A stretch of 62,986 nucleotides of DNA, filler included, from Globobulimina sp. (GCA_003354225.1; 39 parts of 39 records of this genome joined end to end with filler, not necessarily neighbours in it), one strand, 5' to 3'. Shown: positions 50,614-62,301, counted from the whole stretch's first letter. Translations and numbers: made by a program. The notes: generated from the sequence alone by a model not told the origin.

Positions 50614-51264
50614 ATGTTTGAACTTATTTTCCAGAAAAATCTGTTAAGATTGGGTCGTCCAATGAGTTGGCTTTGTTCAACACAAGCCTTGAATCCATTT
50701 CGCTGCATGAATCGTATGAGCGAGGAACATAAACGTATTAAACCAACCATTGAATCATTTGAAAGAATGGTACATAAAATGAAGGAAACGAATAACATAT
50801 CGGAACATGCAGAGGATTTGAATAAATTTATTGAATTTATTATAGAATATAATGGCCATCACCATGCCAAAGAAGCAATGCTATATAGTAAAGTCTTAGA
50901 ATTCGCCGCAACTGGCACAGATTCAGAAGAACGTGACTCATTTTCAAAGATTATCGTAGCTGTTCGAGACGAACATTCCGAAGCACCGGAACTAATGCAA
51001 GAATTGTTTGAAATTGTAAAAAGTGGCGATGTCACAATGGATGATATCGTAGTTAAATCCAATGATTATTTTAAATTAGTAAAGGAACATTTAATTGAAG
51101 AGGATGAGATGTTGTATGGTCAAATAGCAAAACGATTATCTACTTTAGGCGGTGAGTCTGCGATGGAAGAGATGTCGCAAAGTATGGAATATTTGGACAA
51201 AGAAAAAAAAGAAACTATACATGCTATGGAGTTGATTTCAGATGAATTGCAACAAAAATATTGA
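50614..51264 (+). CDS. Hemerythrin/HHE cation-binding domain protein
   Basis: EEH, HHHAKE..LY, DEH, EHLIEEDEMLY. Confidence 0.85.
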   Translation: MFELIFQKNLLRLGRPMSWLCSTQALNPFRCMNRMSEEHKRIKPTIESFERMVHKMKETNNISEHAEDLNKFIEFIIEYNGHHHAKEAMLYSKVLEFAATGTDSEERDSFSKIIVAVRDEHSEAPELMQELFEIVKSGDVTMDDIVVKSNDYFKLVKEHLIEEDEMLYGQIAKRLSTLGGESAMEEMSQSMEYLDKEKKETIHAMELISDELQQKY

Positions 51265-51457
51265 AATGTAGATTGATAGAAATGATCGATGCATATTCAG
51301 ACATTGATTATGAATGACAATCTATTATTTAGAGGTGTTACTTGTATACGTAGTCAAGTGCAAGGATAGTTTCTTTGAAAAGTAAAGTGAAGTTTTTTGA
51401 GTATATGCAAATACACCAAAACTCTAACTTTACTCTCTTTACTTTGCGACTGTTGAT

Positions 51458-51668
51458 ATGGAGCTGAAGTGGTGGTCAAACGAATCGTTACAAAATCAAT
51501 TGATTGAAGGAGTTTGTCAAATGATATTTTGGTTCATTGTATTGACCGCATTTGGTAAATGGGTTTCTGCCAAATCTGAAGGCAAAGATTGGTTTGAAAA
51601 TCGTGTCGCAAAGCAACCAGGCGGAAAAGACGAATTTGTTGTATTTGTTCGTGTATTTCCGCAACATT
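51458..51668 (+). CDS. Membrane protein N-terminus, partial
   Basis: ATG-initiated ORF with TM segment running into linker. Confidence 0.4.
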
Positions 51669-52017
51669 NNNNNNNNNNNNNNNNNNNNNNNNNNNNNNNN
51701 NNNNNNNNNNNNTTAATTAATTAANNNNNNNNNNNNNNNNNNNNNNNNNNNNNNNNNNNNNNNNNNNNGTTGGGATAAGTGGTTTGAGTTCTTAGGTACG
51801 GTATAGAATCGACGCTCCAAAAATGATGTAATCGACGCTCAACTATATAAACGAGGCTTCTGACAGGGAAATAACGCGATATAAACAACGCCCATCCCAT
51901 ATAATAACCACTACGTCGATTCCATGCTACACGATTATTCTGGAGATCGAAGTATGGATTAAATAAGAGGAGGTGAAATTGTTTTAGTTGGTCGTTTGTA
52001 TACAAGGAATCAAAGTT

Positions 52018-52423
52018 ATGGATAAAATGAGAGGTAGTGATATTGTTTTATCCAGTCGTTTGTATGTACGTTCTCAGAGGAAAGTACTTGAGATAAAACG
52101 AAATTTTGAAGAGGTTACATTAACCAATGAAATATTACAAAAAGTAATGGATGAAACAGAATCGATGAGACAAGAGGAATGTGAACCTGGAGATGTTTTG
52201 ATTTGTGACCTTAATAATAAGTTAGTAATATTTATATTATAATAGTGAGTATACCCAAAACTTTAGACTCGAATTTCGTCGTTATTGGGATGAACAGGAA
52301 GAGGAGATTTTGTATTATTTGGGGGACAAATATGATTATACAGAAGGATTGTATTTCACAGAGGAGGATTGGGACAAAACTATGGAAAATATCGAAAAGA
52401 ATTTTTTGATATTTTTTCAGTAA
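52018..52423 (+). pseudogene. PC4-like ssDNA-binding protein, frameshifted near 52230
   Basis: Second frame reads RLEFRRYWDE...EGLYFTEEDWDKTMENI, similar to PC4 IDIREYW...GISL..EQW..L. Confidence 0.5.
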
Positions 52424-52546
52424 TTTAATTATTATTTGAGTATCGTATGTGCTTGTCAACCTAGGACTGAAACTCGGTAAAGGTGAGGGTGTGATACAAA
52501 TTTTATGTGTTTTATAAGGATACTTGATAATAAAATGATATTTCAG

Positions 52547-53107
52547 CTATTTTTTTATCACATATCGCCAACCTCCATTGTTTGCTATCCAATCTGTTAA
52601 TTTGCTGTCCAAAAAGACACCCAACCAATCACCCACATTGACAATTACTTGTGGTATACCGCTGTCTAAACAAGTGATCGAAAGTTTACCGCAAAATGCG
52701 AACAGCATATAAATTTTAGAGCAATCCACACTCCCATGGAACAATTTTTTGTCTACCAAGGACATGAAATCGGGAAAGGCTGTCATCGGAGAAAGGTTGA
52801 GTTCGGTTATCATGTCAAATAATAGTCCATCCATTTTAGTTTCCACATCGAAGCATTTATCCCTCAAAATATAATCGAGGATGTCAGGTTCAGGTAATTC
52901 TGGACATTCAGGGAAATCATATTCCTCCAGAGACACTCTCCATTTGATATATTGCAAAGATATGATGCTGACAAAGGCCTCGGGTAAATCCCCATCGGAT
53001 GCAGGACCAACGCTACCCATCGAAATAGGAGGATGATACAGGAAATCGATAAAACATGTGATCTTATCCATTCGACGCATGATCTGGTCTACACGAAATG
53101 ACACCAA
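52547..53107 (-). CDS. Bcl-2 family protein (BH1 and BH2), intronless, no TM anchor
   Basis: BH1-like F..LVDKKLFHGSVDCSKIYMLFAFCGKL; BH2 LTDWIANNGGW. Confidence 0.8.
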   Translation of the reverse strand: MVSFRVDQIMRRMDKITCFIDFLYHPPISMGSVGPASDGDLPEAFVSIISLQYIKWRVSLEEYDFPECPELPEPDILDYILRDKCFDVETKMDGLLFDMITELNLSPMTAFPDFMSLVDKKLFHGSVDCSKIYMLFAFCGKLSITCLDSGIPQVIVNVGDWLGVFLDSKLTDWIANNGGWRYVIKK

Positions 53108-53387
53108 TTTTTTGGTTGAAATAATAATGTGTGATAATGACCTGCAGTTTTGTTTTTGCGATTATTGCAAAAAATCAAACAAAGTAAAGATCGAAAATTT
53201 GTTCTTTCAAGCTTTGATAAGTCATGTCAAGATTAGCGTTTCAAACATCGAAATAGGAAGTCCTAAATATGGAGAGATTTTGGAANNNNNNNNNNNNNNN
53301 NNNNNNNNNNNNNNNNNNNNNNNNNNNNNTTAATTAATTAANNNNNNNNNNNNNNNNNNNNNNNNNNNNNNNNNNNNNNNNNNNNTG

Positions 53388-54341
53388 CAGCTGGGCGACG
53401 CCAGCATCGCCTCTCCGTTTACCAGCAAAAAATCCAGCATTGAGAGTACAATACACATCATACGACAGGGCCGCTGCACGTTGGTGACTACCTTGCAAAT
53501 GTACAGCATCTTGGCGTTGAATTGTTTGATTTCCGCCTATTCGCTGTCTGTTTTGTATTTGGAAGGCGTGAAATTTGGCGACACGCAAATGACGATTACG
53601 GGGATGATGATTGCCGCTTTATTCTTCTTTGTGACGCAGAGCGAGCCACAGTTTTATTTGTCGGAGCAGCAGCCACATAAATCGGTGTTTAGTTATTATA
53701 TCATTTTGTCGCTGATTGGGCAGTCCGTCACGCATTTGTACACTTTGATGTGTGCCGTGTCGTGGAGTAAGCCGCATACGCCGACGGATGAGGAGACGCG
53801 AGATCCCGAAGGCAAGTTTAAGCCCAATGTGCTGAATACGGTGGTGTTTCTAGTGTCGACCATCCAAATTGTGGGCACCTTTGCCGCCAACTATGCGGGT
53901 TATCCTTTTATGGTTTCATTGTCCGAGAATAAGAAGTTGAACCGAACCATATTGTTGCTGTGCGGCGTGCTCTTTGCCTGTGGCTTAGGATGGTGGCCGT
54001 CCTTCGATAAATTAATGCAAATCGCAGAGTTACCGTCGGATGAGTTTCGCTCCAATTTGTTGATCTTAATGGCAGCGGACTTATCCATTGTGATTGGATG
54101 GGAGAGAATGTGCAGACATTTTTTTAGGAAACACCCAAATCCGATTGTCCCCGTAAACAAACCACCAACGGACGTGATCAAAAAAGCAAAGAAAAAACAG
54201 AGAGAAAAGTATTTGAAAGAAGTGCAAAAACAAAAAGAATTGAGCGCCAAAAGTAGTCCGTGGAGCATGATGAAAAATATGCGGCAACACACTACGCAGT
54301 CAATGCAGCAGCAACCGCAACAGCAACAATCTCGAAGATAA
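53388..54341 (+). CDS. ATP13A1: P5A-type ATPase C-terminus (ATP13A1/Spf1)
   Basis: QLGDASIASPFTSK, IIRQGRCTLVTTLQMY, ALNCLISAYSLSVLYLEGVKFGD.Q, FKPNVLNTVVFL. Confidence 0.95.
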   Translation, partial: QLGDASIASPFTSKKSSIESTIHIIRQGRCTLVTTLQMYSILALNCLISAYSLSVLYLEGVKFGDTQMTITGMMIAALFFFVTQSEPQFYLSEQQPHKSVFSYYIILSLIGQSVTHLYTLMCAVSWSKPHTPTDEETRDPEGKFKPNVLNTVVFLVSTIQIVGTFAANYAGYPFMVSLSENKKLNRTILLLCGVLFACGLGWWPSFDKLMQIAELPSDEFRSNLLILMAADLSIVIGWERMCRHFFRKHPNPIVPVNKPPTDVIKKAKKKQREKYLKEVQKQKELSAKSSPWSMMKNMRQHTTQSMQQQPQQQQSRR

Positions 54342-54440
54342 ATTGAAGAAATTAATGACAGAACAGAATAACTTAAATTTTACTTGACTTGAAAGGTTTT
54401 CACAGACAACTTTTCATCTTTCTTTCTTGCTTTCTTTCTA

Positions 54441-54902
54441 ATGTCCTCTGAGTCGCCACAACCACAAACCTCCGGTTGCGAGTCGCCTGTTCTTCATATT
54501 CATGATGGCAAAACGCCAATGTCTTTCACATTCGTGGTAGGACAACGACTCAATGAGCTCTATGACAATATTTTAGATTCTGCATCGCACCAATTCCAAC
54601 TACAAAAGAATTCGAACGCCAATACAATAACTAAATTATATACATGTAAAAGCCGTAATGGCCACAAATCTTACATTTCAGACTTGGGCGATTTAATTGA
54701 AACACTCGATGAAAACTCCAAGAAAGCTGAATTGCATTTATATTTAGAATATATGTTAGCAGCTAAATCTAAACCAAAACCAAAATTAGCATCTCCTGAT
54801 TCTCCTCATTGTCGAGCCAATGCGTGGTCCATTCAAGAAGATGAAAATTATAAACTTTTTCTATCGCAAAATCAAATTAAAAATGAAGCAAAATCTGAAT
54901 AT
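54441..54902 (+). CDS. Hypothetical protein N-terminus, partial
   Basis: ATG-initiated ORF open to linker. Confidence 0.45.
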
Positions 54903-55330
54903 NNNNNNNNNNNNNNNNNNNNNNNNNNNNNNNNNNNNNNNNNNNNTTAATTAATTAANNNNNNNNNNNNNNNNNNNNNNNNNNNNNNNNNNNNNNNNNN
55001 NNCATCTTAAACTTTTCGATATTTAGTTCCGAAAAGAAGACCGGTTCGCTTACCAGCTACGGCATAAAGCCGGAGCGTATCGAACTCGATACAAGAATGA
55101 TAGCTACGCTCGCTATTATTTTAAACATAAACATGGAAAATGCGGACAATTTAAACATAAACAGAACCCGCTCAAAGCAAGAAAGAGGCAAAGAGGCAAC
55201 AATGACCGTAATGCGAGCGCCTATAATCAAATGTATAATAATTGGAATGCGCCGCAACAGCAATATCCAATGAATGAAGCAGCGAATTTTAAGGCCAATA
55301 TAAAAATATTGATAAACTAACAAACTTTTT

Positions 55331-56210
55331 TTGATCAATATTACACAGAAAAAGAAGTATACAAGTACGCAACCCGCGGTACGTAACAACAAGAAAGTAA
55401 AGGGTTTTTACAGTAAGTGGAAAACTGCAAAAGTCCCTAAGTCGCCACCAAAATGTGAGCTACCAACGGATAGATTTATGGGAGGCATTAAACAATTTAC
55501 CGGATGGAAAAACGGGAAATTAATATTGGCTATCCGGACCAATCGACAAAAGATGCGATGAAAGACTTATTGGACAATGGAGCAAATATCACATCAAATA
55601 CGGATGTAAAATTGAATAGAAATGATGCAGAGGAATACCCTCTGACAATGGAGCAGCATATACAAAGATGTGAAACAATCGAGAAACGTTTGAAAGATAA
55701 AGCGATTTGGGGGCCGCACGAAGAAAATAATATGCCTGAAGGATATGAACAATATCATGTAAATCCAGTATTTTTTAAGGATGAGACCCCATTGGGAGGC
55801 AAAAGAAAGGAAAGGATGATCATTGACTGTACAAATTCATCACAAGAAGGATTTGCGCCAAATGATAATATATTTGATTGGGAAAAAACGTAATTAACTA
55901 TATTTGATAATATATTAACTATAATTCGAATGATAGTAAGCTGTGGATTGAAATGGATGATATCGGCGGATGCCCAAAACGCAAGCAAATTCATACCGTG
56001 GTTCGCCATATGTTGATATTTTTATGGACGGCATTGGTATTTGGAGGAGGCTCAAGTTGTAATATATACACATTATTTGAATCAACGGTCTCATGGATAA
56101 TTGCGAACACTTATCAGTACTTATTTTATTTGGAGGATCTAACATCTGGGAATCAACTTATGCTAAGATTGATTTCACTGACATTGCTAGACTTACAAAA
56201 ACTTCCATAA
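55331..56210 (+). mobile_element. Degenerate reverse transcriptase, DIRS/Ngaro-like
   Basis: IWGP, HVNPVF...KERMIIDCT....APNDNI, MISADAQNA, LVFGGGSSC.IY...WII; stop at 55891 and frameshifts. Confidence 0.62.
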
Positions 56211-56664
56211 ATGAATGGTTTCGTATGTAACTCTAGCTCGATCCTACACCAATTTTTCCTTACGAATCTTCTTCAGCCTTGCGTACGTTTGGGGTACCAC
56301 AGTTCATCCAGCACACGCGATTGGATAGAGAAACGATGTTTTCGAATTCGGAGTTTATAATTATAATTATATATCCAAATTAATAAAATATCGTTTCTTT
56401 ACTGGATTTTCTGACTTACCTGCAAACGCCCAAACCGTTCCAAACCCATATCGACAGCCTTTATATATACTCTCCCACTACATAGATCTACACAAATTAT
56501 TTAATACTCAATTTCATTCNNNNNNNNNNNNNNNNNNNNNNNNNNNNNNNNNNNNNNNNNNNNTTAATTAATTAANNNNNNNNNNNNNNNNNNNNNNNNN
56601 NNNNNNNNNNNNNNNNNNNAATAAACCAAGGGAGTTTTATGATATACAAAGACCTAAAAAACCC

Positions 56665-57741
56665 ATGCAATTGCCTAATGTGCTGAGTGTGGATGAGGTT
56701 AGCAATATATTATCATTTATATCACACAAAGAATTGATAAAATCATGCATTGGAATAAACAAATTATTTAATGCAGCTATATACCATGGTAACTCCTGGA
56801 ATTACACCAGATTATCTTCAAAACAATTATTCAAATGTAAGAATGATGCTATTTTTTTCAATTTTGCTAAATATGCATGGAACTCTCTTACCAGATTTAC
56901 TTTTATGAATTATAAAAAAACATTAAAACAAAAACAAAAACAAATATTACAAAAACGATTAATTATGATATTAAATTCAAGTTATAATTCGATAAAAAGT
57001 TTACAATTACACGGTGTTGACATATCGTTATTCAATGAGAACGTTAATAATATGAAGAAGTTGGATAATTTAAATATTGTATGGATAACCACTCCAAAAC
57101 GAGAGAATATAACCAATGAAAGAGTATGGATGAAATTAATATCATTCTCAAACTTGGTAACATTAGAATTTATGTCTAATTTCCCATTAAATGTGCAGGA
57201 TGTACGGCAATTAAAATCAGCATTTGAGATCAATAAAAATGGGAATAAATATTGCTTAAAAAATATCAAATTAAGCATTGAAAGCAGTATTGAATGTAAT
57301 GGGGAAACTGTGGCAGTAATCGAATTATTATGTTTATCGTTAGAAAGTATATTCTTATCAGGGATGAAATATATTAACCAACAAACATCAATATGTGGAG
57401 TGTTATGTCAATGTACAAAGTTAACGGTGTTAAGTTTAATGTATCGGAATATATTTGATGTGGATGACTTATATTTAGATGTTGATTGTTATAATTTATT
57501 ACATGAATTATCATTTTATTTAAATGGGAAATTAAAAGTGTTATCATTGGAATATGGACCGTTAATTAGTTATGAATGGCAGGATCGATACAAAAATCAT
57601 ATTAATAAATATTTTAAATCGTTAATATATGTGAAAATTGGACAAAATATGATAAAGAATCCATTTGCATCAACTGTAATATCTGACAATGTTAAATGTA
57701 ATCAATTTTGTCTTTCTTTCAATGCAAATCCATCTAAATAA
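56665..57741 (+). CDS. F-box protein with LRR-like region
   Basis: LSVDEVSNILSFI..KEL..SC..INKLFN; repeated LxxLxL. Confidence 0.72.
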   Translation: MQLPNVLSVDEVSNILSFISHKELIKSCIGINKLFNAAIYHGNSWNYTRLSSKQLFKCKNDAIFFNFAKYAWNSLTRFTFMNYKKTLKQKQKQILQKRLIMILNSSYNSIKSLQLHGVDISLFNENVNNMKKLDNLNIVWITTPKRENITNERVWMKLISFSNLVTLEFMSNFPLNVQDVRQLKSAFEINKNGNKYCLKNIKLSIESSIECNGETVAVIELLCLSLESIFLSGMKYINQQTSICGVLCQCTKLTVLSLMYRNIFDVDDLYLDVDCYNLLHELSFYLNGKLKVLSLEYGPLISYEWQDRYKNHINKYFKSLIYVKIGQNMIKNPFASTVISDNVKCNQFCLSFNANPSK

Positions 57742-58464
57742 TTCATTGTACATGTCATGTAAATTTGTTTTTGATATTTCCTATAAAGTTGACAGTCGCG
57801 CGTTGAGCATGCATATATAGCAGTAGTACTGCAGTTAAATAATAAATGGACGGGTGATCATGAAGTATACTGTCTGCATTTGAGCAACACAATATGGTAT
57901 ATTGAATAATTGCTGACATGAATCATGTTTGCATATATCTAACGCAGAAAAATTATTATTTCAAAATTGTATATTCATTGTATCAATCATTTACTTATCA
58001 TATGTATCTGCCAAATAAGTGTGGCTTATTGATAATATTACTAATTTCATTAATATACTCATGTAATGGTAGCACTCATATATGCGATGAAGAGAATCCA
58101 TGCCATGAACAAATAGATTGTTCACCAGATGAAACANNNNNNNNNNNNNNNNNNNNNNNNNNNNNNNNNNNNNNNNNNNNTTAATTAATTAANNNNNNNN
58201 NNNNNNNNNNNNNNNNNNNNNNNNNNNNNNNNNNNNATTTTTATTGTTTCTGAGAAACGAAGGCAAACCTATATTATTTTTACCTTTATCAGTCACCAGA
58301 AACGGTTTGCTTATACCTTACCCCAATAAAAATCTGACGCTGAAGACCGGATGCTTCATGTTTATAAAAACGGATCACGGAATTATTCGAAAAGTTTAAT
58401 GCTGGATGGTCAATCAGGGACCTTTGTAGTTATGGTCAGATCGTTTCTAAAGTTCAAGTTTTTA

Positions 58465-59753
58465 TTACAATTTCGACAATAATGCTTGACTCTGTTTTTT
58501 TGGTTTCTGGATAAATTGTATAAACGATGGTGTTCCGCTTTGAATGGATTGCATAAATTGCAATGCACCATTTTTCTTATGATTAATTTTAAAAATCGAT
58601 ATATTATCAAACGGCGCTCCTTCTTGATTTGCAACAATTAAATAATTATTTGTGGGATCAATATTAAAATGCCTTGGTACTTTTCCACCACATTGAAAAA
58701 AAGCAGCGCCAATATTTTCATTTAATACTCCTGTTTTTTTATCAGTAACATAGCGCACAATACTATCATCTCCGCGGTTTGCACAATAAACAAATGTTCC
58801 TGTTTTATCGCACATTATATGCGAGGTTGTATACATTGAACCTGCATCATTCTTAATGGAGTGTGTCAATTGCAATTAAATAATGGAATGTTTGTACAAT
58901 ACACATTTTTACAATTTTAGCCACACCAATTCGACAAATGCATTTAGCTGCAACCAAAATTATAAAAATATTACATACATTCTATTATTTAATTCCTTAA
59001 TTACTACCTTAACATTATCCGGTAATGTTGGTACTGTTTGAACAACATCCAACAATTTATTTGTTTTATAATCAAACAGTACCACAGATATCGCCGAACC
59101 CATTTCTTGCGATATGTACAATATTCCATTTATAACCGGATTATATGCCATATGCCGCGGACCATCACCACCTCTAAAGTTCAATGACGATATTACTTCC
59201 AAACTGCCATCATTTTTATCCATTTTATAATGATAAATACTGTCTCGTCCTAACAAAGCAAACACAAATATCAATTTTATAAAGTGCTAAACCCCGTACA
59301 TATCCGTTTAAATATGAGAATTGCAATGGATTTTACTTGTATTCTCAGCATTAAATCTGCAGTAAAATCCATTAAGCAATATCTTGAAAGCAAAGTGAAC
59401 CTAAATCATTGGCATAAAATTGTAAAGGATCAGCTAATTTTTTACAAGGCATAATACAATGGATATGCGGCAATGTTTGCCGTGATGGAATTACTTTGCT
59501 TCCGGGCTCAGTCACAATATGCTTAGCAAATGGCACTAAATAATTAGACTTTTCATCAATTTTATAAACCATAATCGAGGCTTTTGCAGTTCCGCCATAA
59601 TTTGCAACATAAATATAATTTTGTCCCCAATCTGAAATGGCGAAACAAGGATCATTGCCGAATGATTTTTGTGTAAATTGTTGAGTGACTTGAAAGTTGT
59701 TCGCTGCATCAAATTGAAATCCTGTTAAACCGGATTGATTGTCAAATTCATTG
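58465..59753 (-). CDS. Lactonase / 6-phosphogluconolactonase (Pgl/YbhE beta-propeller), 5'-partial
   Basis: VANYGG, PHIH, NDLGRD, GDGPRH, CANRGDDSI, GKVPRHF, VANQE; introns 59400-59250 and 59007-58852. Confidence 0.9.
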
Positions 59754-59965
59754 NNNNNNNNNNNNNNNNNNNNNNNNNNNNNNNNNNNNNNNNNNNNTTA
59801 ATTAATTAANNNNNNNNNNNNNNNNNNNNNNNNNNNNNNNNNNNNNNNNNNNNAATCTTTATTGGTATATAGTTCATAAACAATGTTAATCCAATCAATC
59901 AAAAAAAAATAAAATAATAAACTTGTTGCATTAGTCAGACTTCATAGATATTCAATGTACAAACA

Positions 59966-61370
59966 TTACTTCCATAATCTTTTCTGTTTATTATTTTTTC
60001 GAACCTTTATTGTAGATTCATAATATCTATGTTGTGTTAATTTATTTCTATTTTTCAACATTTTTTTCTTTCCAGCAACACTTCCAACTGCTCCGCCATT
60101 ATAACTTTTAAAATTGTATTTTTTTTTATAATGTATCTGTTCAGAATGTGCATCTGTAAAATCTTCCATTTCATGCTCAAATAAAGGTGTCGGTAATCTT
60201 GCGGCATAAAAATCATTGTGAGCAATATCACTATTTGTCCTCTTTAAATATTGGCAATCTGTTTGATCCATCGACACTGGTTTAACTTTAGCAGAATGTG
60301 CCCTTTCTTTGCTTTTTTTAACTGACGATTTGTTTCCATTTCGTTGTTTTTTGAGACAAAATTTTTTAAATAATGATTTAATGGATTTATTCATTTGTTT
60401 GGATGCAATAAAAAATGGTGTTGTTCCATAAGAAGTCATTGTAAACAAATCAGAAATTACACTTTTCTGTAATAATAATTGAATAATATCTTTAAATCCC
60501 TTTTCAGCCGCCACATATAACGGTAATTTGCCCCGACATGATTTCAATCGTACATTAGCTCCAAAAGTGACTAAAATCCGAGCCACATCAAACCAGCCTT
60601 TATCGCATGCCATAAATAATGCAGTTTTACCGGCTTTTGATTGGGTGTTAATATTTGCGCCATTCTCTAACAATAATCTACAAATATTGACGTGCCCATT
60701 TGTAGCTGCATAATATAACAATGCCATTTCATTTTTATCTTTAAAATTCGTATTTGCGCCATGTGATATTAAATATGATGAACATAAATAATTTCCGGCA
60801 ATGGTTGCTGTCATTAATGCGGAATGAAACTTAATTCCATCTTTTTTATCAATATCCCATCGCAATGAATGCTTATATTTGGCGATGCTTTGTAATACAT
60901 TCAAATATCCTTTTAATGCGGCAATATGAGATACGGTGTGGTAATATGAGGAACACAGCTCATTGATTCTTGCATTTGGCAGCAAATATTCAACACTCTC
61001 AATATGTTGTTGTCTGCAGGCCAGATATAAAGGACTTAATCTATGCGAAAAACGTGAAGCTGCAATATTTAATATTCCATTCAAACATAATAATACTTTC
61101 TTATTCTTGACATTTTTAATAAATGTAATATATCCTTTGGATGATGCCCAACATAATATTTTCTTTGCTTTGTCGATATTATCCAGAGCTAAATGTACAT
61201 TTTGTAAAATTCCGATAATTTGTTGGTGTCTTAATTTTGTTGGTGTCACACAACCAAATATATCGCAAAATATATGATATGCGGACTCTTTTAATAGATT
61301 ATAAATCGTATGACTCGTTGCTGCAATTTTCGATTGTTCAGAAGGTAATAAATAATTAAGTGTGGCAAGT
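59966..61370 (-). CDS. Ankyrin repeat protein, partial
   Basis: Repeated TAL..A...G....V.LL..GA.VN units. Confidence 0.92.
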
Positions 61371-61472
61371 NNNNNNNNNNNNNNNNNNNNNNNNNNNNNN
61401 NNNNNNNNNNNNNNTTAATTAATTAANNNNNNNNNNNNNNNNNNNNNNNNNNNNNNNNNNNNNNNNNNNNAG

Positions 61473-61712
61473 CCCATAAAGCAAGTACTTAAAACTAATG
61501 GCCGGGTAACAAAAGTCGAGGACGATCTAAAGGACTTCAAAGAAAAAGAGTACGAAGTATTTAAGGAGGAAACAAAAAAAGACCTAGAAATCTTTTCATT
61601 GCTTAGGCGTAAGAAGTGGATTATATTTGTTTTTGTTCTTGCTGCAGCTCAAGTATATGAAACAATCAATGTTGTGAAGATAGTAAAATGGATAACAGCA
61701 CTTTTTATATAA
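61473..61712 (+). CDS. Phage-like small membrane protein, 5'-partial
   Basis: Own translation: ...KTNGRVTKVE...KWIIFVFVLAAAQV...WITALFI*. Confidence 0.5.
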   Translation, partial: PIKQVLKTNGRVTKVEDDLKDFKEKEYEVFKEETKKDLEIFSLLRRKKWIIFVFVLAAAQVYETINVVKIVKWITALFI

Positions 61713-61715
61713 ACC

Positions 61716-61811
61716 ATGGAAACACTAATAAATTATGCAGCGGCAATAATTACAGTCGCTACCGCTATTGCGATTTACTGGATTTGGATAAAGCGTAAGA
61801 AGAAAAAGTAA
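61716..61811 (+). CDS. 31-aa single-TM peptide
   Basis: METLINYAAAIITVATAIAIYWIWIKRKKKK*, 3 nt after the previous stop. Confidence 0.55.
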   Translation: METLINYAAAIITVATAIAIYWIWIKRKKKK

Positions 61812-61837
61812 ATTCTCTCAATTTTTTATTTGATTTT

Positions 61838-61869
61838 AACCCTCTGATTTTCAGGGGGTTTTTTGTTTT
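61838..61869 (+). terminator. Rho-independent terminator
   Basis: AACCCTCTGA-TTT-TCAGGGGGTT stem followed by T-run. Confidence 0.85.
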
Positions 61870-61904
61870 CAATTAATTAGTCAGTAAATTAAATATAAAG
61901 AAAG

Positions 61905-61935
61905 TTTGTATATATAAAAAAAGTTTATATCTTTG
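61905..61935 (+). promoter_or_regulatory. Bacteroidota sigma-A type promoter (-33 TTTG / -7 TAnnTTTG)
   Basis: TTTG 61905-61908, 19-nt spacer, TATCTTTG 61928-61935; A-rich leader without Shine-Dalgarno. Confidence 0.75.
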
Positions 61936-61965
61936 AAGTGTCAAACAAAAACAAAAATTAGTAAA

Positions 61966-62301
61966 ATGAAAGTATTAGAAAAAACTCCAGAACTAAAAGA
62001 TTGTTATACAATAGCAATAGCACAACAATTCGATGAAAAAACAAGAATTACTACTTCAATTGACAACATTACACCATTTGAAACCAAAGATGGGTATTGC
62101 GGATTTTGCATAGATGCTCACGACTTAGACAAGATTAAAATAATAGCATGTGGGAAGGATTGGGAGTTTAGCGGAATAACTCACAACAACAAAGCATTGT
62201 TTCACAAATATAAGCAATGGTTTTTAATTTCTACAAGTGGAGTATTACAACTCATAAGTACTAATGATGTTGGTGATATTCTGAATGGTAGAGATATTTA
62301 A
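61966..62301 (+). CDS. Phage-like hypothetical protein
   Basis: ATG after promoter and A-rich leader. Confidence 0.65.
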   Translation: MKVLEKTPELKDCYTIAIAQQFDEKTRITTSIDNITPFETKDGYCGFCIDAHDLDKIKIIACGKDWEFSGITHNNKALFHKYKQWFLISTSGVLQLISTNDVGDILNGRDI

